Source: Octopus vulgaris (lineage: Eukaryota). Taken from it: DNA of 64,000 nt. The stretch spans positions 10,726,001 through 10,790,000 of the forward strand of contig OX597819.1 of the NCBI GenBank assembly GCA_951406725.2, read 5' to 3'. The stretch's first letter is position 1, and every line of letters starts with the position of its first letter. The notes below the pieces were generated by a model. It searched no databases and was not told where the DNA came from. It worked only from the letters and a program-made list of their open reading frames with translations. Below are positions 52,570-63,990 of this stretch, in pieces. The translations under genes were made by a program, and so were the position numbers.

Positions 52570-53479
52570 GGTATGGCTAACATACGCAGGAGAGACAACT
52601 ATGCTGATGTAGACAGAAAACACATTTGGACAATGAGTGTTAAGTGGGGAAAATACTGATTGGTGCTAGCAGTAAGTAGATCAGATTTTGGAGTACTTAG
52701 TCTTACAGAGAAGATAAATAACACAACACTGAAATATAAAATGCACCCCAATTTGTCATACTTCAGATACATCTAAGACATAAAAAAACAATTATTATAA
52801 TGATAATGAGTTTTACATAATTGTTTTAAATTGAAATATAACAGCTTCCTAGAAACAAACTAACTTCAAATTAAGTCAACTTTACTTATATATTTGCAAA
52901 ACTTAAAGCAACACCATTTTCAGCTAAATTATTAGCAATCATCTTCTGAAGTAAATAAATAGTAATTTGTTCAATTGGTACAATCTAACAAAAAGGAGAA
53001 TAGTTGATTAAGTTGGCTCTTATATACTATGTGTGATGATTATTTCACCAACTCCAGAGGGATTAAAGGTAAAGTGAGAGCTGGTGAAATTTGAACTTAG
53101 GCTGTAAATGTAGAAATGCAAAATTAAATACACAGACATATAATTTGGTACTCTAAAGTTTCTGTGAATTTGGCCCTCTTCACAATAAATGAAAACATAA
53201 TGAAAACAAAGATGGGCTCTTAGGGGTAACTCTCTCAAAACCCTTGGAAGAATCTGAACTCACTACACTATGCACACCCCAGTTTTTAGAATAAAAAAAT
53301 GCACTGCATTGTACTAAAAGTTGGCAACATGGGTACCTGGCATCAAATAGTCATCCAACCCATACCAGCATGGAAAAGCAATTAATTATGATAATTATGA
53401 TGGTATGTTAAACTAACAAAACACTCACCAAATATATGCCTACAAATAAGTGTTAAAGGAATAACTTTCCTCAGCACAT

Positions 53480-53845
53480 TTGTGGTTCTGGGTTTGGTCC
53501 AACTGTGTGAAAAGTTGGGCAAGTGTCTTCCACTATACCCTCAGGCCAACCAAAGCCTTGTGAGTTGATTTGGTGAATGGAAACTGAAAGAAGCCTGTTG
53601 TGTATATGTGTGTGTGAGTCTTTGTGTTTGTCCACTGCTACCACTTGACATCCAGTGTTGGTTTGTTTACATCCCCATAATTTAGCAAGCAGTTTAGCAA
53701 AAGAGATCAACAGAATAAGTAACAGGCTTAAAAAGAAAAAATAAGCACTGGGGTCGATTCATTTGACTAAAAATTATTCAAGGTGGTGCCCCAGCATGGC
53801 CACAATCTAATGACTGAAACAAGTAAAATATAGAAGATAAAAGAT
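53480..53845 (+). mobile_element. SINE family A, older variant
   Basis: GGTTCTGGGTTTGGTCC...GGGCAAGTGTCTTC...TAATGACTGAAACAAGTAAAA. Confidence 0.8.
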
Positions 53846-54060
53846 AATTTAATCAAGGAGCTTTATGTGGTTGCTCAAATGCCAGAAACAGCAACCAAAT
53901 TTTCATGAAATCCCATCTTACTATCTTAAAACAAAAAGACATATCAAACAATGCAGTCCTAGACACACCAAGAGATTCAATGGTTATGGCTGGAAGACTT
54001 TAGTTAGCTAAGAGGGATCTATAAAAACAAGCTTGTTATTAAACAACTTCTTGTAGTGGA

Positions 54061-54443
54061 ATGGAAGCACTCCGTCGGTTACGACGACGAGGGTTCCGGT
54101 TGATCCAATCAACGGAACAGCCTGCTCGTGAAATTAACGTGTAAGTGGCTGAGCACTCCACAGACACGTGTACCCTTAACGTAGTTCTCGGGGATATTCA
54201 GCGTGACACAGAGAGTGACAAGGCCGGCCCTTTGAAATACAGGTACAACAGAAACAGGAAGTAAGAGTGAGAGAAAGTTGTGGTGAAAGAGTACAGCAGG
54301 GATCACCACCATCTGCCGGAGCCTCGTGGAGCTTTTAGGTGTTTTCGCTCAATAAACACTCACAACGCCCGGTCTGGGAATCGAAACCGCGATCCTATGA
54401 CCGCGAGTCCGCTGCCCTAACTACTGGGCCATTGCGCCTCCAC
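54061..54443 (-). mobile_element. SINE family C1 with TSD
   Basis: Reverse complement of 26736-27118; TSD ACTTCTTGTAGT on both sides. Confidence 0.92.
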
Positions 54444-55695
54444 TTCTTGTAGTAGTCAACAAGACAGAGGTACAGCTGAGTGAGATTGTGAGAGTTCCAC
54501 AAATATAATGAAGTATGAACAACACAATTTGAACCAGTAACATTGTGGCCGACAGCCTCTTACTTCTTTCCATTGAGCAAACTGTGATCATGAGAGAGGG
54601 GGAGGGAGGGGGAGAGAACAACCAATTAACAACCAATTTAAAAAGATTTAGATTTTCAGATACAATCTAGAAAAATGTACAAGTTTGATACTCAAGGCCA
54701 AGAAAGTTGAATGTAGGAGCAAATCTATTACAGTATATAACTTTGTCCTTCTTGATCTAAGTTTAAAGATAACTTTATCCTCATTTAATCCTATTGTTTA
54801 TTTCATAAGTGATAATAAAATAAACAATGGGATTAATTTGATTAACTGAATCCCTTCTACTGCATAAATTGGCATATATCTAGTTAAATGAAATTAAGGT
54901 CTGTACTGGGTACTTATTAAAGAAAAGATGCTTACGAAAAGAAAAATTACCAAATTAAACTTAAATCACTATATCAAGTTTTTGTGAGAATTATCATAAA
55001 ACAAACAAAAAAGTAACTGCTTAAACTTAAATATATTTTAAGGAGAAAAATATAAAATTAAACATATAAATATACTTAAAGCAACAAATGAAATCTATAA
55101 ACGATCAAATCTTCAGAAGTTAATTCTAAAATGGTCTTTTACCTATAAAAACTGGCTGTAATCCTAATAAAAGAGAAGAAAGGAGTTGACGCATACAAAG
55201 AAAAATTTAATATCAATAAAATCAGTCAAGTGAAGAAGATTCAAGGAGAAAGCAAATGATGCAAATTATAATTGCTTCAATTTATTATAGATATTAGCAC
55301 ATAGGAGAGAAAGCTTACAATACAAAAGCAAGAAGGAAAGGGATTTTAATTTTCTTAAATTTGTATATTTTTTCTTTATTTTCTTTATTAAAAAAAAAAT
55401 CAAAAGATTTTTTTTTTTATGGAAAATTAAATTTTCATACTAAAGAGAAACATATAGAGTTAGGAAATTAAAATTAAGAAAATGATAGGAAGGAGACTTT
55501 TAATTAGGACTTTTGCAAGAGGTTCAATATTCTATGGAGAAAAGCGAAAACATTGGGTGTAACCCTTTATATGAGTCCACACAAGATAGGGATTCATAGA
55601 GAATTGCTGCTTTTTATTTAACTCATTCTAGATTAGAAACATTATATATTAGTATAGATATTATACTATTATAATACTATTATAGTATAGATAGT

Positions 55696-56037
55696 GAAGG
55701 CGCATGGCTCAGTGGTTAGAGCGTCGAGCTTACGATCGTGAGGTTGTGAGCTCGAATCCCGGACCGGGCTGCGTGTTGTGTTCTTGAGCAAGACACTTTA
55801 TTTCACGTTGCTCCAGTTCACTCAGCAGTAGAAATGAGTTGCGACGTCACTGGTGCCAAGCTGTATCGACCTTTGCCTTTCCCTTGGATAACACTGGTGG
55901 CATGGAGAGGGGAGGTCGGTATGCATGGGCGACTGCTGGTCTTCCATAAACAACCTTGCCCGGACTTGTGTCTAGGAGGGTAACTTTCTAGGTGCAATCC
56001 CATGGTCATTCATGACCGAAGGTGGTCTTTACCCTTT
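55696..56037 (+). mobile_element. tRNA-derived SINE family D (single copy here)
   Basis: GGCGCATGGCTCAGTGGTTAGAGCG (A box), GAGCTCGAATCCC (B-box-like), then GTGTTGTGTTCTTGAGCAAGACAC core typical of SINE bodies; not a tRNA because there is no 3' acceptor stem. Confidence 0.8.
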
Positions 56038-56062
56038 ATATATATATATATATATAATAACT

Positions 56063-56482
56063 GTGGCGGGAACCTGTACAAAAGGTAGACTCAGGAAGAC
56101 ATGGGATGAAGTGGTGAAGCATGATCTTTGAACTCTGGGCCTCATGAAGGCAAAGTGGCTGATGCCAGCAGCATGTGAAAAGCTCCTCTCAAGTGTTAAG
56201 CCTCATGGAGGCAATGACCAAGACCTTTGGCACTATGTGGTGCTTGAGAAAAAGACCCATCAAACCAAGTAAAATTGCAGTTGTGGCTGATACTAATGTC
56301 ATGCAAATGACTCCCATGCTGATGGCACATAAAAGCACCCATTACACCCTTGGAGTGGTTCCAGCCACAGAAACCCATGCTAAATCAGACTGGAGTCTGG
56401 TGTAGCCTTCCAGCTTGCCAGCCCTGGCCAAAAGTCCAACCCATGCCAGCATGGAGAACGGATGTTAAATGATGATGATGAT
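56063..56482 (+). mobile_element. RTE LINE 3' terminus: last codons plus family E UTR
   Basis: VAGTCTKGRLRKTWDEVVKHDL*TLGL followed by the UTR and GGATGTTAAA(TGA)n. Confidence 0.8.
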
Positions 56483-56494
56483 ATATATATAAAG

Positions 56495-56742
56495 GTGTGT
56501 GTGTGTGTCTTTGTTTTGCCCCCCCCCCCACCACTGCTTGACAACTAGCGCTCGTCTGTTTACATTATCATAACTTAGCGGTTTGGCCAAAGAGACTGAT
56601 AGAATAAGTACCAGGTTAACAAAAAAATTAATAAATAAAAAAAATAAGTAATGGGTTGATTCATTTGACTAAAAATTCTTCAAAGTAGTGCTCCAGCATG
56701 GCCACAGTCTAATGACTGAAACAAGTAAAAGATAAGATAAAA
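56495..56742 (+). mobile_element. SINE family A older variant, 3' half
   Basis: CTGCTTGACAAC...GATAGAATAAGTACCAGG...AATGACTGAAACAAGTAAAAGATA. Confidence 0.8.
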
Positions 56743-56886
56743 ATCTATTAAAATTTCATGTTAATTTATGTTCTAAACACTAGCTTAGTAACGATAAAGC
56801 TACTCACTAAATTATTTATTACTTTCATAATTATTAAAAATTAAGAAAATGTCTTTCAACAGAAATAAGGTTACAAAAAGGTTAAA

Positions 56887-57283
56887 TCTTTATATATAAA
56901 AGTAAAGTTGTGTGTCTGTCTCCTACGATTTAGATTCCTAACTACTCCCACATTTTGCGGTGCAGTTTAACCAAAAGCGAGTATCGTATAGTCGGGATTC
57001 ATATGGAGCCCTTCTCGGTATTAGCGCGCGTCTATGATGAGTCTATGATTTTAAAAAAAATTTACCATAATTTTTTTTCATTTCAATGCATTTTTTCGCT
57101 ATTAAATAAGGGAAGTAACTCTCTAAAATGTCTACGATGAGTCAACGATTTAAAAAAAAAATTACCATAATTTTTTTTCCATTTTTAATGCATATTTTTA
57201 CTATTTTTTGGCTATAACTCTCTAAAAATGCTTATATAGTTATTTCCCTTACAAACCCTAGCAACGCCAGGCGATACTGCTAG
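56887..57283 (+). mobile_element. Non-autonomous Helitron-type element (~397 bp)
   Basis: Starts A|TC, ends CTAG|T, with a GC-rich subterminal hairpin-like segment (CCCTAGCAACGCCAGG; CCCGAGCAACGCCGGG in the other copy), no TSD and internal tandem subrepeats; second copy at 61057-61454. Confidence 0.8.
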
Positions 57284-57589
57284 TTATATATAATATATAT
57301 AGTGATATTTCATTTTTGTATTTGGTTTGCAAGATTCTTTATGTGAATTCATGTATTGAAGCATATTTTATTGTGTCTGGGGAGAGTCATTCTCATTTAG
57401 TGTCTTAACACACTCACCAATTCAATTTCCACTCATTTGCCTATTTGTTTTTCCTAAAATTTTTGTTGCATCTTGCAACCTCTTCAATAGTTGTTGACTC
57501 GGTCCGTTATCAGAGCTATGGTAGGACGTACTCTTTTGAGAATACCACATGTACCAATGATAACTCCATGGCATTTAAGATTAACCCTG

Positions 57590-57900
57590 GCATTTAACTG
57601 TAGCACTAGAAATGTAGTCTACAACATAAAGTGCACAGAGGGTGCTTGTAAAGACAAGAACATGATATACAAATGTGAGACATCTAAAAGCATTGCAGAG
57701 AGACTAAATTTGAGACAATATGACAACAAAAAACAGTCCCGCATACTCTACCAATATGTCAAAGACCAACATAGAGGTACATCGGGTCAACCTGACATTG
57801 GCATTTTATCCAAGCACCCAAAGAATCCAACACTCAGAAAATACACGAGTATGTCGTCATAAATGAAACATCCCCAGCACTAAATGGGAAATAAACGTAG
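57590..57900 (+). pseudogene. Decayed Penelope GIY-YIG endonuclease
   Basis: NCSTRNVVYNIKCTEGACKDKNMIYKCETSKSIAERL...ILYQYVKDQHRG...ILSKHPKNPTLR aligns with [37 protein letters not shown]...[12 protein letters not shown]...[12 protein letters not shown]. Confidence 0.88.
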
Positions 57901-58047
57901 AAGGTAGTCATACCCCAATACCCACAGTTTATATATACACAGGTAGAGTTGTTAGTAGGTTGCTATGTAGACATACATATATATAAATATAAGGAAGCAG
58001 TAATAAATCTCTGAGCGAGATGTAAACAGTAAGCGCTCGACAACGTA

Positions 58048-58442
58048 AAGTATACTAGCCATATTAATATGGTTAAACACTAGGGCTGGGGGGTGTTACT
58101 GTAGCTTTTTAGCCCCAGGAGATCATCGTCTCCAGCTGGCTTTAGACACAATCCTGTGCCCTTTAATGATATTCACAAAGGGAGGTCATCCCCTCTCGAA
58201 AACCTAAGGGATGCGCATGGACTGCAGTTTCGAGATTATTGTCTCTTGTCAATACACGCTAATCATCAGTCCATGCGTATCACTTAGGTTTTCGAGAGGG
58301 GATGACCTCCCTTTGCGAATATCATTAAAGGGCACAGGATTGTGTCTAAAGCCAGCTGGAGACGATGATCTCCTGGGGCTAAAAAGCTACAGTAACACCC
58401 CCACCCCTAGTGTTCAGCCATATTAAGATGGCTAGTATACTT
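58048..58442. mobile_element. Foldback/MITE-like palindrome: ~177-bp arms with a 42-bp spacer
   Basis: 58048-58224 is the near-perfect reverse complement of 58267-58442 (AAGTATACTAGCCAT... / ...ATGGCTAGTATACTT). Confidence 0.9.
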
Positions 58443-58866
58443 AACATATATATATATATATATATATGTAGGTAAATGGATATGTAAGTAAACAGATAGA
58501 TAAATAGATAGGTACATGGGTAATGCAGACAGACAAGCACACACACACATATATACACAAATGAAGACTGAAACACATGACCATATACATATACACACTT
58601 CACAAACAAGGACACATATCCATACATAACAGACGCGCATACATACACAAACCCATACACGAGGACACTCAAACATGCACACACAAATACATACATATAC
58701 AGACACACACACACATACAAACACATGATTTTAGAAAAAATGAATAAGTAAATAACAGTGAAAGTGTTAAGTAATAAGGCACTAAAAGAGAATGACTCTC
58801 CCCAGGCATAAGAACATATAGCTACAATTTATTTTTTAAATAATGTATGAGTATAACCTTATGATT

Positions 58867-59149
58867 CATCATCATCATCATCATTTAGCGTCCGCCTTCC
58901 ATGCTAGCATGGGTTGGATGGTTCAACTGAGGTCTGTGAAGCCAGAAGGCTGCATCAGGCTCCAGTCTGATCTGGCAGTGTTTCTACGGCTGGATGCCCT
59001 TCCTAATGCCAACCACTCCGTGAGTGTAGTGCGTGCTTTTTACGTGCCACCCGCACAGGTGCCAGACGGAGCTGGCAAACGGCCACGAACGGATGGTGCT
59101 TTTTACGTGCCACCAGCACGGGGGCCAGGCGAGGCTGGCAACGGCCACA
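58867..59149 (-). mobile_element. RTE LINE 3' end (family E)
   Basis: (CAT)n plus the family E body and two ~55-bp units. Confidence 0.85.
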
Positions 59150-59217
59150 GCTATATTCAGTCAGTCATAGAAGATCCTTCTTTGGTCTAATGAGCAAATA
59201 AATATAACAAAAGACTC

Positions 59218-59278
59218 TGTGTGTATGTGTGTGTGAGAGAGAGAAAGAGACAGAGAGAGAGAGAGAGAGAGACAGAGA

Positions 59279-59310
<32 letters not shown>

Positions 59311-59320
59311 CAGAGAGAGA
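59218..59320. repeat. (TG)n/(AG)n microsatellite
   Basis: Direct reading. Confidence 0.9.
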
Positions 59321-60287
59321 TGTGCATATAATCATGCTGGTTATAGGATTGCTATACATTAATTGACAATGCTATTTTGATGCACATCTCACTTCCCAGT
59401 ATATTAATTTAGTATCTAATTAACAAAAGAATGTGGTGACATCAGAGCAAGAAGGAAAGAAAACAAACAATTTGTTAATAATGAGATCAGTTACTTGCCA
59501 CTCAGTCATTTTAGATCGTAAAAGTTAACAGATTCACACAAAACTCAGGTATTAACAGAAATTAGAATAATACTAAATCCCACTCGTTCTCACTGTTACC
59601 TTTTATTCCTTTCTTTAAAACATTAATCTCACCATTTCATCTTCTCTTTCATTAACAGTATCCTCAGTTCTCTCTCTCTCTCTCATGTGTCTGAGTATGG
59701 CTCAACATTAGAATAATCAAGCAAGGAAATAAGATGGGTGTACATAAATTCAAAGTTTTACATTCCAGAGTTTCTGAATGAATTCCGCTATTTCTTGTGC
59801 ATGCAGACACCTAACTACTATTTCAACATAATGCCTTCAAGTAAGACATAAAAAGGCTATAATTTAGCATTCAGTACAATAAACAAATACACATTTCTTA
59901 TGGAATATAACACTATTTGCAGCTCAAATTATATATACTTATCTACATAAGATTTAACTGTTCTTGCAAATTATTTCTTCATATTATGACAATGAACATT
60001 GAGTTTGTGTCACTGTTTATGCCATAGTGCACTTATCTAAATAACATTGGGCAGTATACAACTCACATCACAATAAAGATTTGTTGCTTAGCCACCAAGC
60101 AGGACAGCCCAGATTGAGCAGACCTATGATCAAATGATTTCAACCATGACCATTGCATTTTTTCCCCCTATGTGTAAGGAACCAACACAGGAGCTTAATG
60201 TATCTTCTTTTCTAATAGTTAGGTGTGAATTGAGAGAGATTTGACAGTCATGTCTAGCAGGGCAAGTGACTATGCAGAGGCTTGCAC

Positions 60288-60460
60288 AGGCGCAGGAGTG
60301 GCTGTGTGGTAAGTAGCTTGCTAACCAACCACATGGTTCCAGGTTCAGTCCCACTGCGTGGCATCTTGGGCAAGTGTCTTCTGCTATAGCCCCGGGCCGA
60401 CCAATGCCTTGTGAGTGGATTTGGTAAACGGAAACTGAAAAGAAGGCTGTCGTATATATG

Positions 60461-60491
<31 letters not shown>

Positions 60492-60700
60492 GTGTGTGTG
60501 TATGTGTGTTTGTGTGTCTGTGTTTGTTCCCCTAGCATTGCTTGACAACCGATGCTGGTGTGTTTACGTCCCCGTCACTTAGCGGTTCGGCAAAAGAGAC
60601 CGATACAAAGAATAAGTCCCGGGGTCGACTTGCTCGACTAAAGGCGGTGCTCCAGCATGGCCGCAGTCAAATGACTGAAGCAAGTAAAAGAGTAAATGAG
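60288..60700 (+). mobile_element. SINE family A, full length with a small internal deletion
   Basis: Direct match to family A; GACCGATA joins ACAAAGAATAAG. Confidence 0.92.
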
Positions 60701-61056
60701 GCTAGATAAAGACCAGCTGTACTAAGGCTACCTGATACACAAACAACAATAAAAAATATTCAGCTCTTTAATTCATTAATCAATTATTTCTATAGCTTTT
60801 CAGTAATGAGAAATTAAGTATCATAGCTGTTTTTTTGTTAATACAAATGCAAACCAAATGCTCTACATGTATGGTCCAAACCTACAATTGAATTGCAACT
60901 AGCTTTATACTTAGTATTTTTTCCTTCCTCCTTTTCTTTTTTAATACTAATTTCAAATTAATTTGTTAATTATAATTTGATTTAATTTTTATTCAGCATA
61001 TGTTGTGGTGCACCTGAGCACTGTATACAATAATTTCATTATTATATTATATAATA

Positions 61057-61454
61057 CTAGCAGTATCGCCCGGCGTTGCTCGGGTTTGTAAGGGAAATAA
61101 CTATATAAGCATTTTTAGAGAGTTATAGCCAAAAAATAGCAAATAAAATGCATTAAAATGGAAAAAAAAATGATGGTAAATTTTTTTTAAATCGTTGACT
61201 CATCGTAGACATTTTTAGAGAGTTACTTCCCTTATATAATAGCGAAAAAATGCATTAAAATGGAAAAAAATTATGGTAAATTATTTTTTAAATCGTAGAC
61301 TCATCGTAGACGTGTGCTAATACCCAGAAGGGCTCGATATGAATCACGACTATAAGATACCCGGTTTTGGTTAAACTGCACCGCAAAATGTGGGAGTAGT
61401 TAGGAATCTAAATCGTAGGAGACAGACACACAACTTGACTTTTATATATAAAGA
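61057..61454 (-). mobile_element. Non-autonomous Helitron-type element
   Basis: Reverse complement of 56887-57283; A|TC...CTAG|T termini on the minus strand. Confidence 0.8.
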
Positions 61455-62170
61455 TAATATTTTCTATCTTTAGAACTGTTAAATATTCTGAAATGCATTT
61501 TTACTTTTGTATTCAAAAATGTTTAATACATTTGAATTTCTATGACATCCCAGCTACACACTATCATCACTTTCTATTTTATTTGTTTCATTTAAAACTA
61601 CATTATCAGATTCAAAAGTCTTCACAGTATTTTCTTTCACGTGAATTAATATTACTTGTATTGGAAGTCATTAATCTAATTGACACAAATGGGTTTTCCC
61701 CATTTGTTTTCCTTCATATCGAAAATGGTCAGATAGATCAACAGTATTGACCTTGTCCAGTTATTTCTATCCTCTAGTGATCCACCTGTATAATCTAGTT
61801 AGTTCCACATGTCACCTGTTCTCTCCATGTTTCTATTTTCTTACCTCTCTGGCTACCTGTCTGCCTGTGTCTTGATTTTTATCTCTAATTGATTTCTGTA
61901 TTAATGCATATCTAACCTGTACAATTAATCTTTCAATTAGATTAATTTTTATAAAAAGTTTCTTTATTCATCTGACTTTCAAAAGGTTTCAATTGCATTT
62001 GAATCCTTCATTTTTTTTTTATCTTTCTGAAAGCTGATCTGGCTTTAAGGGTTAAATTATTAAATACTGTAATTCTTTCACAGAGTTTAGAAAATGTCTA
62101 TCAAGGAAAATCATTGGATTTCATAATTTCTGTCTGTGTATAACTTATCATTGTCCTTGAGATTATTATG

Positions 62171-62220
<50 letters not shown>

Positions 62221-62251
62221 CAGCAGAAAATTCAACAAAACCTGTTACTCT

Positions 62252-62291
<40 letters not shown>

Positions 62292-62294
<3 letters not shown>

Positions 62295-62430
62295 TCATCA
62301 TCATCATCGTTTAATGTCCGCTTTCCATGCTAGCATGGGTTGGACGGTTCAACTGGGGTCTGGGAAGCTCAAAGGCTGCACCAGGCCAATCAGATCTGGC
62401 AGTGTTTCTACAGCTGGATGCCCTTCCTAA

Positions 62431-62431
<1 letters not shown>
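62292..62431 (-). mobile_element. RTE LINE 3' end (family E) between (TA)n tracts
   Basis: (CAT)n plus the family E body. Confidence 0.85.
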
Positions 62432-62483
<52 letters not shown>

Positions 62484-62671
62484 CACACACACACGTGTAT
62501 ACAAACATATATATATACACAAGTATAAATCATCATCTACAATATACATGCATACACACAGGTATATATACATACACCCATGTATGCATATACAGAGTGT
62601 GATGCGTAAATTGTTGCCATTTCATATTTTTTATTTCACACATGTACATTGCTTGTTTTTGATTTTGTCAA

Positions 62672-62904
62672 GTGGCTTTGTGATAAGAAGCTTGCTTCCC
62701 AACCACATGGTACTGGGTTCAGTCCCACTGCATGGCACCTAGGCCAAGTGTCTTCTACTATAGTCTCAGGCCGACCAAAGCCTTGTGAGTGGATTTGGTA
62801 GATGGAAACTGAAAGAAGCCCATCATGTATGTATGTATTTGCATGTCTGTGTTTGGCCCCCACCACCACCACCACTGTTGGTGTATTTATGTCCCCATAA
62901 CTTA
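62672..62904 (+). mobile_element. SINE family A older variant, 5' part
   Basis: GTGGCTTTGTGATAAGAAGCTTGCTTCCCAACCACATGG...GAAACTGAAAGAAGCC. Confidence 0.8.
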
Positions 62905-63171
62905 GGGAGACCAACAAAACTTCTTGTAACACCAAAGATGAACTGAAGGCAAGGATTATGGCAGCATTCACCAACTGAAATAAGGAGACTGTCCAGAAGA
63001 GTTGCAGAAGATTCCAAAGTCATCTGGAGGCCGATTTTATTGAATAAATTTACTCTTTAGTATTTCAAGATATTTTTATGTCATTTTGGTAAATGTATCT
63101 GTTAAAATGAGATGTCAGTGTTATTTTCATTTTTGCATAATTTAGATGACAATATATTCACTGCATCTTAT
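62905..63171 (+). pseudogene. Tc1/mariner-superfamily transposase C-terminal remnant and right end
   Basis: ETNKTSCNTKDELKARIMAAFTN*NKETVQKSCRRFQSHLEA; possible imperfect left end at ~62592. Confidence 0.6.
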
Positions 63172-63174
63172 AAG

Positions 63175-63212
63175 TATATACACACATATGTATACATACA
63201 TATATATACATG

Positions 63213-63246
<34 letters not shown>

Positions 63247-63505
63247 ATACATATATACATACATATATAAAAAAAAAAAAAAATATATAATATATATATA
63301 TACATATATATACATATATATAATATAATATATATACATATATAATATATACATATATACATATATATACATATATATAATATATATAATATATATACAT
63401 ATATATACATATATATATATATACAATAATAACATATATATAATATATATACATATATACATATATATATATATAATATATACAAAAAAACAAAAAAATA
63501 TATAC

Positions 63506-63582
<77 letters not shown>

Positions 63583-63673
63583 TTTATAGAAGGAGCTTCT
63601 ACAGGACTAGAACTGTTTCATATCAATATAAATATAAATACATATATATCATATATACATATATATATAATAT

Positions 63674-63704
<31 letters not shown>

Positions 63705-63765
63705 TAATATATATATAATAATAATAAAAAAAAAAAATATAATATATATAAATATATACATATAT

Positions 63766-63798
<33 letters not shown>

Positions 63799-63917
63799 CA
63801 AAAAATCAATATATATAATATAATATAAATAAAAAAAAAAAAAAAAAAAAAAAAAAAATAATAAATATATAATATATATATATAATATATATATATAATA
63901 TATATATAATATATAAT

Positions 63918-63985
<68 letters not shown>

Positions 63986-63990
63986 TTTAT
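63175..63990. repeat. Degenerate (TA)n / poly-A low-complexity tract
   Basis: Direct reading; may include sequencing or assembly noise. Confidence 0.9.

Larger units (their letters stand above)
57300..58830. mobile_element. Old Penelope-like relic with inverted terminal regions, related to the 16938-22875 element
   Basis: 57320-57395 is homologous to 16945-17020; 57361-57462 is inverted at 58727-58822; a GIY-YIG remnant lies on the + strand. Confidence 0.75.

Noticed and set aside
55696-55770. Possible tRNA gene (also the heads at 26736 and 33379)
   Set aside because: A/B boxes are present, but the sequence continues into a SINE body without a proper acceptor stem, and family C copies have TSDs.
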